IMG/VR virus record: IMGVR_UViG_3300048592_000600 | Span: 1-60,115 of that record | Strand: one strand, 5' to 3' | Origin: a virus | Lineage: Duplodnaviria > Caudoviricetes | Length of the DNA stretch: 60,115 nt | Shown here: in pieces, positions 54,099 to 60,115 of the stretch | Layout of the letters: every line of letters starts with the position of its first letter | How positions within the stretch are numbered: position 1 is the stretch's first letter | The notes under the pieces: model-generated | Database searches by the model: none | The model's input: only the letters and a program-made list of their open reading frames with translations | Told to the model about the DNA's origin: nothing | Program-made: the position numbers and the translations under genes

Positions 54099-54186
54099 TC
54101 CTGTGAGAGGGTCCGCCCGAATAGCGCTATCGTGCTTCGCAACACGACGGGCGGAATTTTGTTGCCACTTTTACCCAGGAGCCATC

Positions 54187-54546
54187 ATGCCAAAGTACGA
54201 AGTCAGAGCGATTGAATCGCGGGAGTACATCGTCACATACCATGTCGAAGCGATCGACGAAGCCGAGGCCCGCTGCATGATCGAGGAAGGGACTGGGCAC
54301 GGCGTGCAAGTCGATTGGAAGCCGCTCGACGACAGCGAGCAGATCGAGTTCATCGACAGTTGCGAGCAAATCGACAGCACCGAGAACGGCGAGCCATGCG
54401 GCGTCATCAATCACTACCGCTGCCCCGAGTGCCAAACTGAGTGGACCGACGAATGGGACTGCGCTTGCGATGACAAGTGCCCTGAGTGCGGCTGCCGGAA
54501 CATCAGCCCCTACGACAGCGTGAACAGTGTGGAGTCCACAGGTTAA
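54187..54546 (+). CDS. Acidic Zn-ribbon hypothetical protein
   Basis: NHYRCPECQTEWTDEWDCACDDKCPECG. Confidence 0.7.
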   Translation: MPKYEVRAIESREYIVTYHVEAIDEAEARCMIEEGTGHGVQVDWKPLDDSEQIEFIDSCEQIDSTENGEPCGVINHYRCPECQTEWTDEWDCACDDKCPECGCRNISPYDSVNSVESTG

Positions 54547-54597
54547 GCGAGAAACAGTTTCTTTTTCAAATCCCAATTCTCATTCACGGAGTTATTC

Positions 54598-54981
54598 ATG
54601 TTTGCCAAGCAAGAGACGTTCGACAGGGTGGTATCGCACTTGCGACAGCAAGGCGAGCCAGCATTCACCGTTAAAGCCTCGGGCGTGAGCTGCCGCTACC
54701 GCTTGCCCCGCGGCGATAAGGTTTTGGCCTGCGCCGTTGGCTGCCTGATCCCCGATGACCAATACCTAGAGGACATCGAAGGTGCTGGCGTCAAATACGT
54801 TATGGCCAACTTTAGCTTGTCCTTGCCTGCGATCTATGAGCACGACATGAATCTGCTCGAAGATTTGCAGTCAGCGCATGACTGGTGGGCAGGCAGTGCC
54901 GTCCTGCGGAATGTTGAAGAACAACTCGAAAGCGTGGCTAGGAAGCACGGCCTGACCTACACGCCGCCAACCCCAAGTTAA
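54598..54981 (+). CDS. Conserved phage hypothetical protein
   Basis: QETFD.V..HL..QG, CRYR, CAVGCLIPD, LQSAHD. Confidence 0.72.
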   Translation: MFAKQETFDRVVSHLRQQGEPAFTVKASGVSCRYRLPRGDKVLACAVGCLIPDDQYLEDIEGAGVKYVMANFSLSLPAIYEHDMNLLEDLQSAHDWWAGSAVLRNVEEQLESVARKHGLTYTPPTPS

Positions 54982-55041
54982 GCGAGAAATCCCCTGATAT
55001 GAAACGCAAGATTTTTGTTTTCTCTCACATGGAGTTGTTTG

Positions 55042-55380
55042 ATGAACAAGCGCAAATGGTCCATGTCGGCTCGGCTGCCGACAGTAGATGACATTGAAAT
55101 CTACGATGACAACAGCGACAACCGCGACGTGATTGCATCGGTCCATAAGACCGGCGATGAGTCGTATGACCTTGAAGTTGTCTATCCCGTTGCGAAGTTG
55201 ATGGCATCGGCTCCCGAACTGCTCAAAGCCTGCAAATCGCTGGCCCATGTGCTCCGCTGGCATTTCTTGCCAATGGTCGAGAGCATGATCGGCAAGCCAG
55301 CAGCGCATGCCAAAGATGCCGAGATTGAGCAAGCCCTGGTGTTGCTGGAAACGCTGGGCGTGAGTCGTGAATCTGTTTAG
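55042..55380 (+). CDS. Hypothetical protein
   Basis: AKLMASAPELLKAC phage motif. Confidence 0.65.
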   Translation: MNKRKWSMSARLPTVDDIEIYDDNSDNRDVIASVHKTGDESYDLEVVYPVAKLMASAPELLKACKSLAHVLRWHFLPMVESMIGKPAAHAKDAEIEQALVLLETLGVSRESV

Positions 55381-55443
55381 CAGAGGGGCCGAGCGAAAGC
55401 TCGGTTAATGCGCTGCCCACTTCGGGCAACGGTCCCAAGCCCG
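55380..55443 (+). ncRNA. Twister self-cleaving ribozyme, circularly permuted (type-P5-like)
   Basis: GCA-GAGGG-[GCCGAGC GAAA GCUCGGU]-UAA-UGC-GCU-[GCCC ACUUC GGGC]-AA-CGGUCCCAAGCCCG. Confidence 0.8.
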
Positions 55444-55454
55444 TGAGGAGAACC

Positions 55455-55835
55455 ATGAAACTGACATCCCGAGAATTGGCAACGGTCCTGGCTGCGCTGC
55501 GTTACTGGCAAAACGATCTTGATGATGACCCGGAAATGTTTGAGAACCTTCCCGGCTCTGGGCACTTCGAGCAAGAAACGCCACTTAACGGAGATGAGAT
55601 TGACCGCTTGTGCGAGGAGTTGAACTGCTGCCCTTGTGCAAACACTCTGTTGAGCGACCGCACAGCAAAGGACCGCGAGTTGATCGAAGCCGCCGAGGAC
55701 ATGCTGACCGATCACTTCAACTACAACGACGTGACGGTGCATGAGGATGCAGAAATCACCTACACCGATGGCGGCGCATGGGTCGATTGTCAAATCTGGG
55801 TTGCCGATGACGACATCACCGAGGAGGACGACTAA
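55455..55835 (+). CDS. Acidic hypothetical protein
   Basis: GAGGAG RBS; RELATVLAALRYWQ. Confidence 0.7.
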   Translation: MKLTSRELATVLAALRYWQNDLDDDPEMFENLPGSGHFEQETPLNGDEIDRLCEELNCCPCANTLLSDRTAKDRELIEAAEDMLTDHFNYNDVTVHEDAEITYTDGGAWVDCQIWVADDDITEEDD

Positions 55836-56071
55836 TGCAACGACGCCTATTCACCGGCATGGACTGCCTGCCGGGCCAGCAAGACCTGTTCGACACCGAT
55901 GGCTTCGATCCGCAAGTTAAGCGGGCCGCGCCGTTGTTTGAAGTTCCCAATTTTTCCTCTCACGAAAGCGAATCATGCAACCACAATCACTCCGCGACAT
56001 CATCGGTCAACCCATCGTCGAGCACTTGCAACGCTATGCCGCCAACCCCCACCCAAACTGCTTTCTTCTAA
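55835..56071 (+). CDS. Small hypothetical protein (C-terminal half doubtful)
   Basis: TAATG coupling; LFTGMDCLPGQQDLF; reads through a boundary element. Confidence 0.4.
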   Translation: MQRRLFTGMDCLPGQQDLFDTDGFDPQVKRAAPLFEVPNFSSHESESCNHNHSATSSVNPSSSTCNAMPPTPTQTAFF

Positions 56072-56622
56072 GCGGGCCACCGGGCACGGGCAAGTCGGCC
56101 ACGGCTCGGGCGCTCGCTGCGGATCTTGGCTGCCCCGATGAGTTCTCGGGCTTCCTGACAATTTCTTCGGCAGACCTGACCGCCGACAATATCCGCGAAT
56201 ACTTTGGTCACAAGTTGCGGCTTCGCCCGCTGACCGGCTCGGGTTGGAAGTGCCTTTTGATTGAAGAACTCGATGGTGTTACGAGCAGTCAAGCAGAACG
56301 GCTCTTGAAAATTGCCTTGGACAAAAACAACTTGCCGGCCAAGACAACAATCATCGCCACAAGCAATAACGTGCTTGGCATTCCCCTGGCGCTCCGCAAT
56401 CGGTTCCGTCATGCCGAATTCAGCAATGGCCCCGAGTTTCGCAAGGCTTGCCTGGAACACTTGGCCCAACGCTGGCAGAAAGACGCGCCGGGCGAGCCAT
56501 TGCCGCGCACGTTCTGGCATTTCGGGCAATGCGGTGACGGCTTCTCGATGCGCTCGGCGTGCGATGAATACGCCCAGTGCCTTGAAATGCTGCAATCCTC
56601 TTTTACGCGAGGGCAGCAATGA
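55975..56622 (+). CDS. AAA+ ATPase, clamp-loader clade (RFC/DnaX/RarA-like)
   Basis: PQSLRDIIGQ, LLSGPPGTGKS, LIEELD, ALRNR. Confidence 0.85.
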   Translation: MQPQSLRDIIGQPIVEHLQRYAANPHPNCFLLSGPPGTGKSATARALAADLGCPDEFSGFLTISSADLTADNIREYFGHKLRLRPLTGSGWKCLLIEELDGVTSSQAERLLKIALDKNNLPAKTTIIATSNNVLGIPLALRNRFRHAEFSNGPEFRKACLEHLAQRWQKDAPGEPLPRTFWHFGQCGDGFSMRSACDEYAQCLEMLQSSFTRGQQ

Positions 56623-57140
56623 AATACAAGCGACACGGAGAAAGCCGGACTAAGCTGCATCGCGTTTGGGTCCACATGAAATGGCGATGCGCAAACCCAA
56701 ATTGCCCCGGTTACATCAATTATGGTGGGCGTGGAATTGTGGTCTGCAAAGAGTGGGAGGACGACTATTCGGCGTTTAGGGATTGGGCTATCGCGAATGG
56801 CTACTCCGAGGGACTGCAAATCGACCGCAAGAACAACAACAAGGGCTACTCGCCAGAGAATTGCCGTTTTGTAACCCGCTCACAAAACAACAAGAACCGG
56901 CGCGCTAGAAAAAATGGATCGTCACGATTCAAGGGTGTAAGTTACATGCGAACCCGCAAAAAGTGGCTGGCCTGCATTCGTCATGACGGAAGAACAAAGA
57001 ACCTTGGCCATTACGCAACAGCCCTTGCAGCGGCGTTAGCCTACGATGATTTCGCTTACGATCATTACACTGAATACGCCGGTTTGAATTTCCCTGAGCG
57101 CAAGAAGAAGAATTCCATGCACACCCAAGAAAGGAAATAG
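56619..57140 (+). CDS. HNH-AP2 homing endonuclease
   Basis: YGGRGIVVCKEW, IDRKNNNKGYSPENCRF; AP2 segment SRFKGV...KWLACI...LG.Y...AALAYD. Confidence 0.9.
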   Translation: MKYKRHGESRTKLHRVWVHMKWRCANPNCPGYINYGGRGIVVCKEWEDDYSAFRDWAIANGYSEGLQIDRKNNNKGYSPENCRFVTRSQNNKNRRARKNGSSRFKGVSYMRTRKKWLACIRHDGRTKNLGHYATALAAALAYDDFAYDHYTEYAGLNFPERKKKNSMHTQERK

Positions 57141-57142
57141 TC

Positions 57143-57481
57143 ATGGCTGGGCCTGCTGATGGCAAATACTACATACTCGATGGCCTAAAGCCCGTTGAGT
57201 GTGAGTTTGTAACTTGGATGGAGTGGTCCAACGAAACGGGCGGCTCTGGCTTCGAGGTTGCCAGCACGCGCGTTCGTGATCCCAATGGCAAAGAGTACGG
57301 CATCATCACGGCGTTCCGCGGCATCGGCAATTCGCTGTATGCCACCGTGATCTTTCCCAATCATGAGTGCGCCAAAGACATGGGCACTTACAACACGCTG
57401 ATCGATGCCAAGCACGGGCATCAAGAGCATGTCATTCGTCTTGTGCGCTCCGGTGTTTTTCAACTCGTCGATCAGGAATAG
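57143..57481 (+). CDS. Hypothetical protein
   Basis: YYILDG.KPV.C...W, AK.GH motif. Confidence 0.65.
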   Translation: MAGPADGKYYILDGLKPVECEFVTWMEWSNETGGSGFEVASTRVRDPNGKEYGIITAFRGIGNSLYATVIFPNHECAKDMGTYNTLIDAKHGHQEHVIRLVRSGVFQLVDQE

Positions 57482-57483
57482 TC

Positions 57484-58509
57484 ATGGCTAAGAAGAAGCT
57501 CCCAAAGCCAACAACCCTCGCACTTCCCAGCGGTCCCGTCTGCCATCTCTACGGCCGCGTTTCCGCCGAAGATCAATTGCTGGGCATGTCGCTCGAAAAG
57601 CAAGTGTACGAAGGCTGGCGGTTCTACGATTACAAACTCGAGCCGGAAGGCATCGCGCGCGGCGAAGCGTTCCAAGAGCGTGCCGTCAGCGCGTACCGGG
57701 TGGACTTTCTCAAGCGGCCCGAGGGCTCACGCATCAACTTGGCTCTGCGCCCCGGCGATCACGTTGTCATCCTGCGCTTCGACCGTGCGTTCCGTAACGT
57801 GCTCGACTTCCTCAATGTGTGGAAAGCCTGGGAGATACGCGACATCGTTCTGCATGTGCTCGATCAGCCGATGTTTGACATGAGCACGGCGCAGGGGGTG
57901 GCCAACGCGCAGATGATGGCCGTGTTCGCCGAGCACGAGTCTCGCATGAAGTCGCAACGGCTGCGCGAGATGGCGCATTTCAATCGGATGCAAGGGTTCC
58001 CGGCGATCAAGACCCGCCGCGGCCGCGCTTGGGATTTCCCGGGCATTAAAATGCGTTACACCGCCAAGGGCAAATCGTATCCCGAGTTCGAGCCAAAGTC
58101 GTTTGCCACCTATCGCTACATGCTGCAGATCATGGCCACTGGCAAGTACTCCTGGGATGAAGTTCGCGAGAAGTGCGAGAAGTACATGTGTGATCTGCTC
58201 GGCGTGACCTACATGCAATCGGCGTTTCACGTTCGCCGCTGGATCACGGAGTCCTCGATGCACCACTACTACATGCGCCGCAAAGAGCTCATCCCCATGT
58301 ACGAGCGGATGGGCCTGGACTTTCCCGAGGGGCTGCTCGAAATGCCCGAGCGGTACAACTACTTTGACCGCAAGCGAGCCAAGTGCCTGCATGACATGGA
58401 GCGCAAGCTGCCGAGTTATCTGCGCAAGGGAAAGCCGCTCACGCTGCCGGGCCATTATGCTGCTCAAGGCGAAACAGAACCTCGCAGGCCGGCTTCTGAG
58501 AGCCAGTGA
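57484..58509 (+). CDS. Serine recombinase (resolvase/invertase catalytic domain plus extended C-terminus)
   Basis: YGRVSAEDQ (catalytic S), ERAVSA, RPE, GD.VV..RFDRAFRN, AVFAEHES...QR. Confidence 0.9.
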   Translation: MAKKKLPKPTTLALPSGPVCHLYGRVSAEDQLLGMSLEKQVYEGWRFYDYKLEPEGIARGEAFQERAVSAYRVDFLKRPEGSRINLALRPGDHVVILRFDRAFRNVLDFLNVWKAWEIRDIVLHVLDQPMFDMSTAQGVANAQMMAVFAEHESRMKSQRLREMAHFNRMQGFPAIKTRRGRAWDFPGIKMRYTAKGKSYPEFEPKSFATYRYMLQIMATGKYSWDEVREKCEKYMCDLLGVTYMQSAFHVRRWITESSMHHYYMRRKELIPMYERMGLDFPEGLLEMPERYNYFDRKRAKCLHDMERKLPSYLRKGKPLTLPGHYAAQGETEPRRPASESQ

Positions 58510-59335
58510 CGCGAGGATCCAGGTAGTGCTTGCGCGTCACCTTTCGATCGCTGTGTCCAAGCAACTCCGTTGCATCCCCGCCACCAGCTTCATAGAACGA
58601 TGCCACGGTGCGGCGGATGCGATGGAACTTGGACCGCGGGCCAGCATCTACGCCAGCGGATTCAAGCAGCTTGCCGTACTTTAGCCAGAGATATGTTTCG
58701 CTATACGGCCACGGAAAAACAATGCTCCTGGCCGTGACCTTCTTTATCTCGCGCAGCAATCCAACTGTTTCGGCCGATAGCCGAAACGCTTTATCTGACC
58801 GTTTGCCCTTGCGCAGCTTGGCCGGCACCTTGAGCCAGCTACGTTTCAGGTCAACGTGCTGCCACTCAATGCCGCGCACGGCGCTGATCCGCTCGCCTGT
58901 GTCCCAGATCACCAGCAGCAAGGCTTTCCACCAAAGGTTGCACGGCACTCCCTCGAAGCGGCCGTAGATTCGATCACACGCCGCGAAGATCGCGCGTATC
59001 TCCTCCTCCATCCAGGCCATCGGAATGACCTCGGGTTCCGTTTGCGCCGGCACATCAGGCCAGCGATCGACATAACCCTTACGAGCCGCATAATTCCACA
59101 TGGCCAGTAGATTTGACCGCTCTTTGTTGATTGTGTACGGGCTCAATTCTCGGTCGCGCAAGTACGATAGGAAGCGATTCACGGTCAGGTCGCTCAGGTC
59201 ATCTAGCGTTGCGGACCTGCCTAGAAATCGCTCGAACGCACGAATCGTCGAGCAATAAAGCTCTTTTGTCCTGGGAGAGCTCGAGCGCAGCTTCATCACT
59301 GCGTACAGATCGCGGTAGAAATCTTTTAGTTGCAT
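58439..59335 (-). CDS. int: Tyrosine recombinase / integrase
   Basis: DTGERISAV (R), K, FHRIRRT (HxxR), LLGHS, HY; N-terminal core-binding domain. Confidence 0.93.
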   Translation of the reverse strand: MQLKDFYRDLYAVMKLRSSSPRTKELYCSTIRAFERFLGRSATLDDLSDLTVNRFLSYLRDRELSPYTINKERSNLLAMWNYAARKGYVDRWPDVPAQTEPEVIPMAWMEEEIRAIFAACDRIYGRFEGVPCNLWWKALLLVIWDTGERISAVRGIEWQHVDLKRSWLKVPAKLRKGKRSDKAFRLSAETVGLLREIKKVTARSIVFPWPYSETYLWLKYGKLLESAGVDAGPRSKFHRIRRTVASFYEAGGGDATELLGHSDRKVTRKHYLDPRVTGSQKPACEVLFRLEQHNGPAA

Positions 59336-59423
59336 GGATTGGTGCCCTTTGATGGGAGCCTAGCACTCACGGGCATCCATGCAAGAAAATAGTTGTTTTG
59401 CCCGGTTTTCCAGATTCTTACTT

Positions 59424-59441
59424 AAATCCTGTCCTCCCCGC
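59424..59441 (+). other. Candidate attP core resembling a tRNA 3' end
   Basis: AAATCCTGTCCTCCCCGC fits T-loop end, 5-nt T-stem strand, 7-nt acceptor strand and G discriminator; between int and the xis-like gene. Confidence 0.4.
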
Positions 59442-59609
59442 TTTTGCCTAAGTTGCGTATTTATCGCAGCTTTAGGAGATGCACGAACTATAGTTCGTGA
59501 TAATCCATTGTCAATGTTTTATTCATTTTTACAGGAAAGATTGCCGGAGCGCCGGGAAACCGGGGGCTTGCCTTTGAGCCTACTGCTAACGCTCCGGCGA
59601 TCTTTTCGC

Positions 59610-59637
59610 TTGAAACTATAGCAGCATCGACTAGTAT
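59610..59637 (+). promoter_or_regulatory. Candidate sigma70 promoter for the xis-like gene
   Basis: TTGAAA-N16-TAGTAT. Confidence 0.4.
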
Positions 59638-59644
59638 TAGGAAC

Positions 59645-59848
59645 ATGAGCATGGCACTCGGGAATTTTCTGACAACCGCTGAAACAGCGAAAGCGCTCGA
59701 CCTTTCAATCTGCCGAGTGCATCAATTCGTGTCTAAGAAACGATTGACGCCTGCACAAAAGGTCGGCTCGCTTCTTTTCTTTGACAAAGAAACCGTCGAG
59801 GAATTCAAGAAAACCCCGCGTAAACACGGGCGTCCAAAAAAATCTTGA
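59645..59848 (+). CDS. Excisionase-like HTH_17 protein
   Basis: FLTTAETAKALDLS..RVHQF...RL..AQKVG..LFFD; C-terminal GRP AT-hook; divergent from int. Confidence 0.82.
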   Translation: MSMALGNFLTTAETAKALDLSICRVHQFVSKKRLTPAQKVGSLLFFDKETVEEFKKTPRKHGRPKKS

Positions 59849-59867
59849 AAATCTTTTCAACAACCTA

Positions 59868-59896
59868 TTGAAAAAGATAGAAGCCCTTTCTATATT
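59868..59896 (+). promoter_or_regulatory. sigma70-type promoter reading across the junction into the csrA operon, with an overlapping palindrome
   Basis: TTGAAA-N17-TATATT; ATAGAA-N5-TTCTAT overlaps the spacer and -10. Confidence 0.6.
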
Positions 59897-59989
59897 TTCC
59901 TCCGTTGATCGACAAGTCGTTTAGCAGCGACCTGATCAGCAAAGCAAAGGCACTTCTTCGCGGACTTCTCCGCTAGTCGTGCAAGTTTC

Positions 59990-60115
59990 GTCACGATTCG
60001 TCGCCCCGCTCCGTTTGCCACTGCGTTGTCGTTGTGCCTGCAGCTTGTTGCTGCAAAACGGATCGGGGCCGCGAGTCGTGAACCCTGTCGTTGGTCGCGC
60101 GGGCGCGAAGGGTAC
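59990..60115. repeat. Terminal direct repeat, copy 2
   Basis: Identical to 1-104, then a degenerate match to 105-126. Confidence 0.95.

Larger units (their letters stand above)
49382..55975 (+). promoter_or_regulatory. Recurring gene-boundary element TTAAGYG plus A/T tracts (9 copies)
   Basis: Copies at 49382, 50687, 51043, 51419, 51808, 52430, 54542, 54977 and 55916. Confidence 0.75.

Noticed and set aside
49382-55975. True integron with attC sites
   Set aside because: GTTRRRY-like cores are present, but there are no paired RYYYAAC inverse cores or attC hairpins, and the integrase shows no obvious IntI-specific insertion
1-60115. tRNA genes, DNA polymerase, primase, tape-measure protein
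   Set aside because: None recognised by eye; absence is not proven without tRNAscan and HMM searches

Overview
The window is almost certainly a complete, circularly assembled temperate phage genome of about 59,989 bp: bases 1-104 recur at 59990-60093. It is podovirus-like, with portal, adaptor, nozzle and ejection proteins and no recognisable tape-measure or tail-tube gene. The host is probably a Planctomycete (inference from remembered protein families, no search run). Layout: (+) CsrA, recombination, replication (initiator plus DnaB) and methyltransferase genes, 0.3-17.3 kb; (+) membrane-protein and papain-like peptidase cassette, a candidate lysis module, 17.4-22.4 kb; (-) virion module, 22.4-44.6 kb, with a glycosyltransferase inside the head/packaging genes; (+) UDP-glucuronate decarboxylase and an alpha-CTD protein; a repeat-rich, largely non-coding zone at 48-50.5 kb; a row of small early-type genes separated by a recurring TTAAGYG element; and a serine recombinase, tyrosine integrase and excisionase-like gene. 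Most notable observations: (1) a circularly permuted twister ribozyme between two early genes; (2) UDP-xylose synthase plus a head-module glycosyltransferase, suggesting virion xylosylation; (3) a possible CsrA-based RNA switch (csrA, a GGA-rich leader, and an integrase start codon locked in a hairpin that carries a CsrA consensus site); (4) a papain-like peptidase where an endolysin is expected; (5) up to three RNAP alpha-CTD-like domains. All product calls come from reading motifs by eye.
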